Source of the DNA: Callorhinchus milii
Lineage: Eukaryota
Assembly (NCBI RefSeq): GCF_018977255.1
Contig: NW_024704742.1
Coordinates: 78,246,001 to 78,310,000, forward strand
DNA: 64,000 nucleotides
Direction: 5' to 3'
Numbering within the stretch: position 1 is the first letter of the stretch; each line of letters begins with the position of its first letter. This document shows, piece by piece, positions 1 to 13,697 of this stretch. The notes under the pieces are model-generated. The model did not search any database. It worked only from the letters and a program-made list of their open reading frames with translations, and was not told the origin of the DNA. The position numbers and the translations under genes are program-made.

Positions 1-295
1 TCATACGGTGCTTCTGCTCGACTGGCACTGGCTTCCTGCTTGTCCCTCGCACCATCCGCTTCACCATTGGAGGTCGTGCATTCAGCCACTATGCCCCAAC
101 ACTCTCCCTCAATCCCTCTGCCTTGCCCCCTCTCTCCCCTTTTTCAAGTCCCATCTGAAAACTTTCTTTTCAGCAGTGCTTACGGTCACCTCCGGCCCCC
201 CCACCCCCAGGCACGGAGTCAGGCTCCATCATTGTTAAGCGCTTTGAGATGCTACCCTGCATGGAGGGCGCTTTATAAGTACAAGTTGTTGTTGT
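1..295 (+). mobile_element. L2 3' fragment
   Basis: Similar to the 3' end of the 15993-19975 element; (GTT)n tail. Confidence 0.8.
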
Positions 296-3074
296 CCATT
301 GTATTACAACCACAACAACAACATCATTTACATCACGGTCTTCATGTGGGGTAGCTCCTTGGAACGCTTAAAATACAGAGAATATTCAGGTCCATTGTGT
401 TTTTTTGGCTGTGTTACTGCAAGTGTGGACGCGTGTTCCTGAGTTGCTAAGCACTGTATACCAATGGTCCATTGGCGGTTTATGTCAACTCAATTCACTT
501 TGTTCAATGCTAAAGTACAAGTCATTTCTATGGTCAGAATGGAACGTTAGTTATATTTTGTCATTTCTTTGAAGTGAAAGATCGGTACAAGGAACACAAT
601 CAATAAGGTTTATGCATCAGAAAGTAAATCATGCTAATTCTTCTGTGTTTTGTCCTTGCCAAATGTTTTAACTTTGTGTTGTACTGATCACAGGAGTACA
701 CAATGCAAAAGACAAATACATTTTATCCTATTGTGCAAATGATTGAATTCAGGTCAATTGATGTAAGCCAGCTTGAATCTTCTTCAATATTTACACACTG
801 TTTTCTGCCTCAGGCAGTGATACAGTGGACAATAACATATATTGTATATCTGCAAAATAGCATACACAAAAACTTCTCCCAACAGTATAAAGGTTTTCAA
901 GGAAAGTACTCGTTAAGTCCAATTGAAAAATGTTCGATGAAATTTGTGATCCATTTATTTTCACAGGAAGTTTAAATGAGTGTAAAGGGCAACGTCAAAC
1001 TGACCGAAAATGGTTCCTGATTTATAATAAATTACAATTTGAGGGGTTCACTGGGGGTGGACACAGAGAGTAATTTGAATTTGAATCAAGCTAAATATAT
1101 TGAACACATCCACTCTCCACAATAGGCAGCTATAGTTTAACACATATATTCAGGTGGAAAATGTAATGTGTGGATGCATCGTGTTTATTCTGATAATCAT
1201 CACACCAAATTTGTTACAAAGCAAACCTTGCACCCCACGAGTAAACAATTTAGTCTCCCTCCCAGTCCTGCCGCTCTTGTAGTCTGGAAGAATAACAAAA
1301 ATGGTTTTGAAGCAAGCCACAATTGTCAAACAGTGGAAAACATTAGACGTCTGTAAGACAGCTGACCTATTCCAAGATGATAACATGACTGAACAGCTTC
1401 AAGAATGATGTGGCCTACATAGCCTAATGGGGAAAGGTGTAGGACTAAGCTGCACAGAACAGAATGTTGCAGGTTTGAATCTTCATCTGTACTGAAAATG
1501 TTAATAATAATCCTTGCATTTGATATAGTGCCTTATCACGGAATATACATTTTAGTATAATATATTTTTAGAGTTTTGAAGAGAGAAAGACGACGAAAGG
1601 ATTTGGGGAGAGAATTCCAGATGGTGGAGCAGCTTGGCTGAAAACATGGTGACTTGTGGAACAGAGGGGATGAGAAGCAAGCAGTAAACCAAATTGAAGG
1701 ACCAGAGAGTATAGGCAGGAGGAGATTGCCGCTGCAGAGATGGGGCAAGAACGCAAAAAGATTTAAAAGACAGGACAACAATTTGAAAGTTGTTCCACTT
1801 GGATTCACGTAGGAGCCTGGCAAGGATACTAGTGATGATAATATTCATGCAAGAGGAGGATGTGGATTTCTGAATCAACTGGAGCCTATGGAGGATGTAG
1901 CAACAGAGTCTGGCAAGGAGCGGATTGGAGAAATTTGGACTATTTAGATGATGAATACGTCATGAATACAGGATATACTGTGATGTGATGGTGATTATGT
2001 ACTTGTGGGCGAATGTGGCAGCTAAGCACAACAATGTCCCACAAATAAAAAGCAGTGAATGACCAATTTTATTTCAGAGATTTTTGGCCAGGACACTGGG
2101 AGAAACTACCTTCTCTTTTCAAATAGTGCACTTGAACAGGCAAACGGGACCTCGATAGCACCTCCGACAATGCAACACCCCCTCAGCCCTGCACTGGTAT
2201 GCACAATTGGCTGCCACGTTTTGCCCATAAATATACAGTCAATTCACCTTACAGCATATTCTGTGAAGCGCTTTGAGACGTCGAGAAGACGTGAAAAACA
2301 CTATATCAAGTGCAAGGATTGTTATTTATTATGTATCAACCGAGAATATGTGAGTCAAAGTCAAACATGGGGTTTAAATTGATAACCTCTGACAGAGGCA
2401 AGAGTGCTACCAACTGTGCCAGTCTGACCCAGAGATACTCTAGCAATAATATTCATTAAATACGCAGCATTAAAGATGCACCACTGTTGACTACATATTC
2501 TAGAGCTTGTTTAGCAATCTAGGGACATCATCTCATTATCTACAAGTCTCAAATATTTACTTATCTGGTTGTTGATCTCATAACATTTTAAAATGACTGA
2601 GTTGCTGTGTCTTGTTTGCCAATGGAACAAATCCTTGATTTGATTTTAAAGACTCTTGAAATGTGATTGGCAATGCATAGGCAGTTGTTGCTGCCGTTCT
2701 GGTTGATCTTCTCTAAACATACTTGTCCATCCCTTTTGTTCAATGGCTCCTTTGACTTCTTAATGAATCAGATTTATAAAGCCCTTGGCTTTTCTCTCCA
2801 TAGCTCACCAAATTGTTGCAAACCCTGATGTGATAGAGTGGCTGCTGGAGCTATGACTCATTTGTCATTGTTATATGATTTGCATAGAGTAATGACACAG
2901 CTCTCCAGCTTTACACAAGTTGCAGGTTGTTCGAAAACGTAATTAAAGAGTTGGACATCTCTCGTGGCTGTTGTGAATGTTTCTGAGAATTAGTTCCACT
3001 CCCACACACTTTCTCATTACATTTAATCCCATTTATTAAGTCGGATCTACAGCTATTCTTGACCCTTGCACCCA

Positions 3075-3385
3075 GGAGATTGAGAGCAATATGATAAAGG
3101 CATTTAAAATTTAAGGGGACTGATAAGATACATGGGGAAAATCAATTCCAATTGTTGAGGAATCAATGAAAAAGGGGCAAAGTTTCAGGATTCTTTGCAG
3201 AAAAAAATCACAGAAAGGTCAGAAAGAAATTGTCCACTCAGAGGGTTGTAAGGGTGTGGAATCGTTACCACAATTGACTACTGAAGCTGGATCAATAGAA
3301 TCATTCAATAAAGAACTCGATAGGCTTATGAACCTGATCGGTAAAAATAGTAGTGTCATAGGGGAAAAGCTGGAAAGTTGGATTA
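3075..3385 (+). mobile_element. Old CR1 3' fragment
   Basis: Colinear similarity to the 3' part of the CR1 at 48620-48910. Confidence 0.65.
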
Positions 3386-3414
3386 ATAAAAAAAAGCATC
3401 TTAAAAATTAGAAT

Positions 3415-3862
3415 TAATAATCCTTGCAATAAATATAGTGCCTTACTATGTAGTTGAGACATCTCAATGTGCTTTACAGGATGTACTGTAGCGTGGATTG
3501 ACTGTGTATTTTGTGGGAAAAACACAGCAGCCAGTTTACACACAACAATATCTCACAAACAACCATGGAATGAGTGACCAATTTTATTCGGGGGATATTG
3601 GCCAGGACACAGTGAGAGAAAAAACTCCCTTCTCTTTGTGAACAGTACCATGGGATCTTTAACATCCCCTGAATGGGTATGATAAGATAAATGGGGAAAA
3701 CTGTTAGACTTCATTTAACATCTCATCCGAAGGACAGCACCTCTGACATTGCAACACACCCCAGCACTGCTTAGACGATATGATTCCAAGTCCCGATGTG
3801 GAGCTTGAACCCACAACCTTCTGACTCACTGGCGAGAGTGCTACCAACTGAGTCAGGCTGCC
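3415..3862 (-). mobile_element. Deu-domain-type tRNA SINE (related copies at about 6990-7230, 14152-14430, 15690-15910 and 52700-53000 on -; 27665-27947, 31090-31385 and 37600-37990 on +)
   Basis: Recurrent tttaacatctcatccgaaggacagcacctc and cttgaacccacaaccttctgactc...gagagtgctaccaactgag; resembles DeuSINE (SacSINE1/AmnSINE1) core as recalled. Confidence 0.65.
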
Positions 3863-6800
3863 ACACTAAATTAGCAGTGATTATGTCATATGGCCTTTTC
3901 TTTATTGAAAGTATTGTGTTTGTGGAATGAGACCCTTCACTCAAAAATTAGATACTGATTATAATGGGATTGTGGAAAAGAAATGATCACAGTCCTGCTT
4001 CCAGATTGTGCCGCCACCACTGACGTTGTCCAGCGCCTTGGGACGTCCTCCTGACGTAAAAGGCGCTCTATAAATGGAATCTTGTTGTTGTTGTTGTTTC
4101 TATTCAGGAAACTGGTTTGATCATGACTGAAGCTGAATGTGCACAGCACTTCCACTAACTGTCGATGCAAAAGACACCTACGTTATACGTAGTTTATATA
4201 AAATTATAGTTTAATAACAGTATCATGTAATAATAATAACCCTTGCATTTGATATAGCGCCTGATCATGTCTTCGAGACGTTTCAAAGAGCTTCACAGAA
4301 TATTCTATAAAGTAAGTTGACTGTATATTTTGTAGACGAAACTTGACAGTCAATTACGCAGTGTCCCACAAATAGTGGTGGATCGAGTTCTTCCCCCGGA
4401 AAGTGATCCGACAATCAACTAACAACTAGGTTCCTACTTACCGAGTTGTGTGGAGTAAGGAAACTTGCCTAAGATTTTGCCCCACCCGGGAATCGAACTC
4501 AGATCCTTGTGAGGCGAGTGCTCTAATCAATACGCTACAGGACTTTCTCTGGTGGTGAGGCCAGGAACGCTACTGTTCTTCGTTCTTTTTCAAACCCACT
4601 ATCCCTTTAAATGCCAAATCAAGAGTAATTGTTCCACAAGATATCAGCTAACTGCTTAGATCCAAACATGAGTTTGAAAATTTTAAATATAATTGGATGT
4701 GACACTGCTATTAAAAATCACAGAATACAATAGATTTCTCTGCTCATTAGTAAAAATATTAGTTCCACTGAAATATTCCACGCTCAAAATATTAGCTCAC
4801 AACTATCGAGCTATTTGAACCAAGCATAGATTGGAATAGTTATACACGTATATTTGTATATTTTCTCTTTAACCTGAGCAAACCCTTTACTTAGCTTCTG
4901 ATATGTTTCCACATGATGCCCACCGTCTTGGGATGTCTTCCTGACTTGAAAGGCTCTACACAAGTGTAATTGTTGTTGTTGTCTACATTTGGACATCAGG
5001 TCATCTGAATTGCATGGCTGATGCTTAACATTTTCTGTTTTATACCCCCTCCCCCCATTGCTTTATTATATATTTTATATTTGCTTTCAGCAGTGATGCC
5101 TCATTTCACATGAATTGAGCCATAAATGACCAAAACCGTGTTTCATAAGATTTTATGTTTGCCATTGCAGGTCGAAAGACTGAAATAACTTTATTACAAT
5201 TGTAACATTTCAGATGCAGAACACATCGCTGAATCTGTTTAACCCCCAACCCTCAGTATCCAGAAATAACAGCAATTATTCTATTACAGCATGATATATC
5301 ATTAAACTGCTGACAAAGACATGTTGTGAATGTCAATGATATGAGTGCAGACTCTACCTATGGAAATTACAGTTACGTATTATAAATCAGCAAAGTTTTT
5401 TTTAATATTAATCTTTGCATTTGATATAGCATCTAATCAGTTTATGAGTGTTGTTGAATCTTTGGTGTGACAGGAACGGCAATCTTACTTCTCTTCTAAT
5501 TTAGCTATGAGAACATGTCTGAATCTGAACGACTGGGATGGGAGCAGAGCACCAATAATGCACTGAGCCTGAATAGTAAATCAAATTGGATGCATTGTAT
5601 TTTTCTGACCTTAATGTATTGCTGTAACCATTGGTTCAGTTCTGTGTGTAGGCGCCAGGAGTCATTCACATCCTAGTGGATCATAACAGCAGTACAGAAT
5701 GGAAGTTGGTGCAACACTGCACGTGTGGTGGGCTGACACATGATACCAAGCTCTAGACATTGATTCCTTCTTCTCTTCAGTTGATAGGCTTAAGGATATG
5801 ATATGATTTAAGAATAAGAATATGATTGGAAGATTTTATGCTCATTTTTATTCAGTCTGAGGAAATAATAATAATAATTCTTACATTTGATATAGCGTTT
5901 TTCACGTCTTCTCAACATCTCAAAGCGCTTCACAGAATAAGCTGTAAAGTGAAATGACCGTATATTTGTGGGCGAAACGAAAAGGAGCTATTGAAGAGTC
6001 TGAGCTCTTCCATGAGCCATCTTAACAGTATGAGTCAGATTACTGAACAATAACAAATGACTGATCGATTCAACTGTGACCAGAACCAATTGCATTAGCA
6101 GTGTGTGTTCCACCTGATAAACCCACCCACCCAATGAACATGCATGTTAACAGACATATATATGCACATTGCTAACTTCAAGGACAGTCCAAGTTCTGGG
6201 TTGACACTACAATACAAATTTACATTTATATAGTGCCTTTCACTATATAGTATCGTAGTATATTGAGAGGGCATCTCAAGGTGCATTATACTGGATATTC
6301 ATTTCTGCACACATTTAATCTGCATTGCCCTTTGCTTTGTGCAGCTGTACACGTAGACTGAAATAATATTTGCAATGAGTAAATAGTAGGATATGTCAGC
6401 ATAGCATCTGACAGTATAAATCAAACTCAAATGTTGACTAAAAAGCCCTTGTGTGGAGAGAGGAATTTTGGAATGTAAGCATCAAAGGTCATTGCTATTC
6501 AGCAAGAAACCTGGACAAGTAGAAGCCTAAACTCAAGCCACTGATCCATTGAATTCAAAACATTTACTGCTGTGTTACACTCATTTTCTCTGTGTCTGAA
6601 TTTTAAAAAATTCTTGCGTTTGATATAGCGTTCTTAATGTTGAAATGTCCAAAGTGTTTTATAGTAATTACCGTTAAGCAAAATGATCTAATCTAATAAG
6701 CACCTAATTTGTGCACAGCAAAGTCCCACAGCAGCCAGGAAGTCAGGAGATGAACAATTGATTTATCCAGAATCTAGAGGATTGTTGGCCATGACATGTT

Positions 6801-9800
6801 CTAATTGGGGATGCACCAGTAGGGCCAGATGACAAGAGAGATTTGGGGGTTTGAATTCAAATCAGCCTTGGAGGGTGTCTGATGATGCTTTACCTGTGCT
6901 GAAATGGCTTAGACGTGATGAAAGATGGGTGGACTGGAGTTATATTTCTTAGAACAGGAAAGGTTTCCTCCTGCACCTGTTTTCCTATGTTCCAAAAAGA
7001 CTGGGAAAATCTTCCTTCCCTTTTCAAACAGTGGCCTAGGATCTTTAACGTCGACCTGAACAGGCAGACAGAACTCAGTTTTGTGTCACGTCCGAAGGAC
7101 AGCATCTCTAGCAATGCAGAACACCACTAGCAACATATTGAAGTGTCAGCCTAGACTATATGATTTCAAATGCCGGAGTTCTTGAAATCTTCTGACTTAG
7201 AGGTGAAAGTGCAACCATTCAGGGAGGCCGACACCTGTTCAATATTAAGATAAGGTAGACGTTCCACAGAGCATGATCTTCTTAATCTACCAATGGTTGC
7301 TCACCTCTCTGAGGCAATTGATTTGGATGGTTATTCACCAGAATGGGCTGAGGAATGCTTGATGGACGAGATTCTTGAATGCAAAAGATTTGCAAAAAAT
7401 ATAAAATATGGAAATAGGCCCCTCAGCTCAGCCAGTCCATGTGGGTGTGTTTATGCTTCCCATGACTCTCCACCCTTACTCTCTCCTCTTCTACTCCACT
7501 CTCTGTCATATGAAGGTCCAGCTTCCTCTTCTACTCAATAATTCCTTGCCTTAATGGGCCACCACTATCCCTATAAGTGTAAGATGGTTTGTTGTGGGGC
7601 AGCCCATAGATAACAAGGAAAATGTTCCTTGGGTTACTTCATATTTAAAGGTTACTACTTGATGGGCTTATTTCGACAACAGAATGCTGTCTATGTACTA
7701 TATATAGTAGTGTACCATTTTGTTCTGACAGGAGCTGGGCTAAGAACTTTGAACAGAATGGCATTAAACAGTGATTGAGTTATTCTTGTAAACTTTAATT
7801 AGAACATTGAAAGACTGAGACATTGAGTACAAATGAAATTCACAGTTAATTGAACAGGATACGTGTAACTCCTCCTGATGAAATGAGCCAGTCATCTTCA
7901 CCTGAAACTATTGCTTAACCAAATCCTATTTACTATGATACCAGTACATTGCATGAATAGAGATCTTCAGCGCCACATGAGTTACAAACATATGGGTCCA
8001 GGTTAACACAACACTGCAGGGTTGATTGTTAGCTACATAACTATATTAAGCCTTTGACATCTATTTAAACTCACATCAACCGGAAGAAGTGGACAGAAAG
8101 AAATTACAGAAAATACATGAAACTTCCAGTACAATCATCATTAACGTCACTAAGGATTTAGCAGTTCATTGGGAGTTGATCAGTACAGCACACAAGATCA
8201 GTACTAGTACAGGGAAATGTCACACGTCGGTTCAGTCTGGGGATGTGGCCTGAGCTGGGCATAATGAAAGAAGGGAAAAAACACAGCCAGAGAAAATGAA
8301 TGATAAATGGCAGCACAGTAACATTCAGGACCGAGTCTACCCATCTCAGCAGTGCAATGCTTGCAGTTAGTCTAGTCAAATTTTGGCTATAAATGCAACA
8401 CTAGCTTCCAATGAAATAGTGAGGGCATTTTGTGTGCAATAACGCTTTCATTTAACCTGACAGGTGAAGTTACAATATTACAATATTACAAGCTACGCTA
8501 TTACTGTCTATTATGTGATTTGTGGCAGATATCAAGGGATGATTCTTACTAACACTCCGGATTTTATTGACCACTATTGAGTGCCTCAAGTATTCATCAA
8601 CCTTTGAAGTAATACACTGGCCCCATAAGATTTATAGGTATTAATTGCCTCTGTGCAAAACTGCATGCTCTGTTTACTGCTGTCTCAATATTATTAGGCT
8701 TGTTTTTCAGTGTGGATATGTGAGAGCTGCCATTCTGGCAATGCACCATCATAATGGGGGAAATCCCATTAGAGGCCAATATTGTTAATGTTATACATTC
8801 AAAGCCAACTGGGATTTCAGACCAGTGTGATCACTGCACCATAGTATACTCACTGGAGCACAAACCAGTTTGAAGGTTGGCTACATCACTATTAACCAAG
8901 CCTGGAAATTTCCACTTAACAGAGATGTATTGATAAACCTAAAAGCAAAGCACTGCGACAGCAAATAAGTAACAATATCTTTATCCCTCAACCCGATTGT
9001 TTCTCTTTCTTTACTGCTCTTCTCTGCTTCACTATCTGCCTTCTCATCCACATCCATGGTGCATTGCATTCCATTTGTCAGAGCTTGTAACTTTCATTAA
9101 ACTTTAAAGTGGGAGAAAGATTGAAAAGGAAAATGCTTTCTACGTTAAGAAACATAATTAATATTCCAGATTTGCATAGGTGCTCCAGTGTGGTACATTA
9201 TTACCCACCCCACCAAGATCTTTCCCTATGGTCCATTTTTCTCTCACCAACCCCATCAGTTCTCACCTCAGCTCAGGTGCCAAGCTAAGATTGCCTTGGT
9301 CATCCTCCTGACGTGAATGGCACAATATAAAATTTTATTGTGAGGATATTAAGGATTATTATTTGTCAGAGTTTGTTTGTAACTTCCACTTAAAGTTTCA
9401 AGTGGAAGGAAGATTGAAAGGGAAACCACATTATATGTTAAAAAAGGTCCTTAACATTCCAGATTTACATTCGTGCTCCAGTGTGATGGATTACATATTT
9501 GTTTGTGTGTGTATGGGTGGGGTGGTGAGACCCAGAGAAAACCTCACAATAAAAAGGTTGATATCACTAGTTTCTCTCTCTGAAAACAAGCCTCTTTCTA
9601 ATTGATGATTGATGGGTCAAGCATTTGAAACCAAGAGCACCATGGAGTAGAAATTCCACCTGGGTCTAGCTTTACTCCATTAACCTAACCTGCCAAAGAA
9701 TTCAGAATCTGACAAATTCATAAATACAGCCTTAATGTTGATGCTCGATGTTCCGTAAGTTTCGTAAGAAAACCAACTTCAAATGCAAAACTAAATTCAA

Positions 9801-9904
9801 CAATTTGCCAAATTTTGGACACTCTGAAATGTGACATAAAAAGGGTAAATCAAGACCAGGCCGAATTGTGCCCTGCTTGACGTGAGGCTATGATGATGTT
9901 ATAC

Positions 9905-10450
9905 AACATAGATTTATAGAATTTTAAAGCACAGAAATTTAGCCCATCATGTCTGAGCTGGTGTTTTTCACCATATGAGTCATCTACTCTCCTGCTCGTT
10001 CCTCTTGCCTTCCTTACATTTATTTCAAGCATTCATCTGATTCTCTTTGGAAAGGATTGAAAAAAATCTGCATCAACAATAGCTTGTGAAAATAATTCCA
10101 CATTCAAACCATCCTCTATGTTAAGAATATCTTTCTAGTGTCACTTTTAATCCTTTTTTATGATTACCTTAAAGTAGTGCTCTCTATTTAGTGACTCAAT
10201 GGGCAGTGGAAATAACCATTGCTAGTTTCCCTATCAAAATCCTTCATAATCTCGAAGACCTATATTACGCTAACCTTTAACTGTCTCCGCTCCAGTGAAA
10301 AACTCCTAACATCTCAAGTCTCTCTTTACAATTGAATCCTTGATAACATCCTAGTGGATCTATGCTGCACCTTTTATAATGTTTCTGTATCTTTCCTGTA
10401 ATGAAGCGTCCAGTACTGCACCCAACCGTCAAGGTCTTCTGTGAAATAAA
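9905..10450 (-). mobile_element. Old CR1 3' fragment
   Basis: Reverse complement resembles the CR1 C-terminal region (VQYW, ERL..LG.F) and 3' UTR. Confidence 0.65.
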
Positions 10451-11789
10451 TGGAGAGCAAATAGTCATCGAAAAGTTCAAGATGTTTCTGGGAGTTTTGA
10501 AATATTATTAGAGTGTGATCAACTTTAGAATAACATTGTGTTTTGTGTTTGTACATGATTTCTGTGTGATAAAATGTACGCATAGCAAGCTCCAGAATCT
10601 TGTTGTTTGCTTTATAATGGTCTTGATGTGATGCAATGAGGTCCGGGAAGTATAAATCCGGCTTACCTATCTGCATTGTCATAATAATAATAATTCTTGA
10701 TTTGATATATCGCCTTATCACATTGTTGAGACGTCTCAAAGCGCTTCACGGAATATACACCAAAGTGAATTGACTGTATATTTAGTGGGCAAAACAACCA
10801 TACTGGTGGAAGTGAAGAGACTTCACTTACACAGCATCGGTGCAGTGTGAATTTTCTGGCATTGACGGTGGGGAAAGAGAAGAAGGATGTGACATTACAG
10901 CTCCTGGTCCTTTTATGGAAGCAGGTGGTGTCTGAAGTGTGGAGGATAGTGTTTACACTGAGGTGATTAATGTTACACTGAAGACTATGGTCTCTGAATG
11001 CTGGTCTAGTGGGAGCATTGGGACAATATAATTTGGACATGGCCATCCTCAGCTTGTTCTTGGATTCAGTGATCATGGCACACCTTTATAAATGTAACTG
11101 CTGCTTACCAGACTCCAATCCTGGTTACCATTTAGGAACTGCAATATCAGTTCATTGATGCTGGGTGCAGAACTGACAAATGCAAGACACTGGAGTTTAA
11201 AACATAGTCTTACACTCTGGGTTTTCATCAATTATCAACAAATACTTAGAAGAAGCATTATACCACAGCATCCTGTGATCAAATAGAGCACATGCTTTAC
11301 ATCATATTTTTAAAACAAAAATGCATATTAAGAACAGAATTAAATACACTGCATGATAAGAAGGTTGATAACATACATGAATCTGCTTTGCAGGATTCAT
11401 AATGACATTTTAGGTTCCTACACATTTCATGTGATGGCCCTCATTTTGTGGACTTGATAGGCGAGTTCACTACCCTTATGACATTGGAGTCATTCATGTA
11501 TTGATCTCTTAAAGTAAATCTCAGGCCCGAAAAGTCTTATGTTCTTAAGCTTAAGATTATTGTGTTAAAATGTAAGATTTTACGAAATATATATATAAAC
11601 TAACCCTAAATGCAAGCTTAATTTGGAAGCTGATTTCTGTTGCATCCAAAAGGAATTATGGAAGGTTCACTCCCAAATCAAGATTTAAGTTTATTTTTCT
11701 ATTTTGCTTTCAATGTAGCACATCTCATCTTTTCCCTATTGCCACCTTCCTCTCTGCTTCTGGTCCCTTCTTGTTGGGATCTGTTTTTT

Positions 11790-12080
11790 GGGGTTCTGGT
11801 TACACTTTGGTACTCTGTCCAAGTGATCATTGGTCATTGGCAGATGAATGTGGGCCAGCCACTGGTCCATGGAGGGCATCACGGATGAGCCTGACCTCCC
11901 CACACCCAGCTACCACAAAAACACAATTAGTAGAGAGTGCAACAGAGGGACTCGAAACAGCACCGTCTGCTTTTATTTTCCTATTCCAGAGAATGCCGGA
12001 TCCAATTTAGTCTCCGCATGCAGCCCTGATTGAGACTAGCAAATTCAGCACAGACTGGGATTGGAGCCAGCAAACTCCCA
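11790..12080 (-). mobile_element. AmnSINE2-like ancient SINE remnant (related piece at about 27530-27655 on +)
   Basis: Reverse complement has cccagtctgtgctgaatttgctagtctc and gtgatgccctcca...cacttggacagagtacc, similar to the AmnSINE2 consensus as recalled. Confidence 0.5.
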
Positions 12081-12293
12081 GTATGAAAGTTGCAGCATTA
12101 GTGTTGTCTCCAAGCATTATCTTCCAGAGTTCTGCATAATAATAAAGTTAAGACGATAGTTGCACACTTAAGAACATATGAGAACTTGAGCCCCTGTATG
12201 TTTGTTTGTAATGGAAAGTTCTGTTCTAAATAAATAATGGAAGGTTTGCTACATTACTAGTAGAGATCCATGTCAATCTCACAGAAGCACAGA

Positions 12294-12384
12294 AGATCAG
12301 CCATGATCTTATTGAATGGCGGAGCAGGCACGAAGGGCCGAATGGCCTACTCCTGCTCCTAATTCTTATGTTCTTATGTTCTTA
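12294..12384 (+). mobile_element. CR1 LINE 3' terminus
   Basis: agatcagccatgatcttattgaatggcggagcaggc...gaatggcctactcctgctcct followed by an 8-bp (ttcttatg)n tail. Confidence 0.85.
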
Positions 12385-13102
12385 CAGTCTAAATTGTTAC
12401 ACGGATCTCATCAGTGACAGTGACTTTCAGGCACTCACTTAAGAGTCACTTCACAGCTCAATCTATGCCACGATGATTATGAGCCTTGGGACCATAGCAC
12501 TTGTGAAAGAGATGTTTGAATGTCAGGACGCAGATATATAATGAAACATGTTAGGAAGGCTACGTTCCCTCTTAGAATAATAAAACATTGACCTATATCA
12601 AGAAGCAGCACAAAAAGTATCCACATCAAGACTATACTACAGCTATTCTAAAATGTACCTTATTTACTTATGGGAGACAGACATGTTTAATTTATGTAAA
12701 ATTTTTCCTAGTTATAACATTACCCTCTGGGTCAGTATACATTATGTGACCATTTTAATTATAAAGTCATTCATAGGCTGTGGGGAATTTGCTTTCCTGC
12801 CGGCTGTAATTTAGCAAATAAATACAGAACGACTGGATCATAGTGTGACTAGAATTGCTTTTCCTTATGGGGAGGTGGGGAGAGAATGCTTATGTTTGAA
12901 AATTACTCAACATGCATTGTAACCTGTCGCCAGGAAGAAAGCGATCAGTTACAGGAAATGTGTCAGATGGCCACGACCAAAAGCAAAATGAGCATTGAGA
13001 GAGCATGCGAGCAGGAACAAGGATTATGTGTGTTCGGGACACGTGTGGAATAATTTCCTTTTAACATCCTACGTTCAGCAATGGTGTGTCTGGCTTACAT
13101 AC

Positions 13103-13158
13103 TTTATTTGTTCCCTTTTACTATGTGTTAGCTGACCTTGAGTTTCAATGTATTTATT
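13103..13158 (-). terminator. Candidate polyadenylation signals (AATAAA at 13153-13158 and 13103-13108)
   Basis: tttatt on the + strand just downstream of the stop. The AT-rich context makes chance hits likely. Confidence 0.25.
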
Positions 13159-13175
13159 TACTGCTCCACTGCGTC

Positions 13176-13697
13176 TCATGCAAAATCCTTAGAAACGGCT
13201 TCTATGAAATTAGGGGCGGCCATTAGAATGGCGAATGTACAAACTATAGAAAAAACCGTGAACGCCACAAGGCAGAGTCTGTCTACCACTGCCGCGGCAA
13301 ACTTCCACTCGCTGGAGATGGCCTCTCCCTGGTCCTGGTCCCTGAAGCGCTTGGCAATGAACTGCACCTCCTCCAGGATCTTCAGGATCTCGGGGGGGCT
13401 CTCTGGGGGAGGGCTGCTCTGAACCATGCCGTGGTCCTCGGTGGTGGAGGAGGTAATCCGTCCACACATGACCCCCGAGTCGCTGCTAGGAGGGCAGCAC
13501 GGGTTCTCCATGGTGTGGTAGCCAAAGTAGATCATATTGCCATTGATGGTCTGCTGTCCAGAGAGGCCGCTCATCTCCACGCTGCTGATGCTCTGTGGCT
13601 GCTGCCGGCTGTACCTGTAGGGGATGTCACTCTTGCCTTCGCCAGGCTTCTTCATTCGGAGGAACCAGGCACACCAGTTCAACAGGAACACTCTCAC
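13176..13697 (-). CDS. CHRNA8: nAChR alpha8 terminal exon 10 (cytoplasmic loop, M4, TGA stop): [19 protein letters not shown]...[13 protein letters not shown]
   Basis: ORF 13176..13718 minus 7 intronic codons; acceptor cccacag|GTG in phase 0 with exon 9. The loop motifs [17 protein letters not shown] and [10 protein letters not shown] resemble chicken alpha8 as I recall it, rather than alpha7. Confidence 0.93.
   Translation of the reverse strand: MRVFLLNWCAWFLRMKKPGEGKSDIPYRYSRQQPQSISSVEMSGLSGQQTINGNMIYFGYHTMENPCCPPSSDSGVMCGRITSSTTEDHGMVQSSPPPESPPEILKILEEVQFIAKRFRDQDQGEAISSEWKFAAAVVDRLCLVAFTVFSIVCTFAILMAAPNFIEAVSKDFA

Noticed and set aside
7875..7910. Hammerhead core ctgatga...gaaac
   Set aside because: No convincing stem II or flanking stems.
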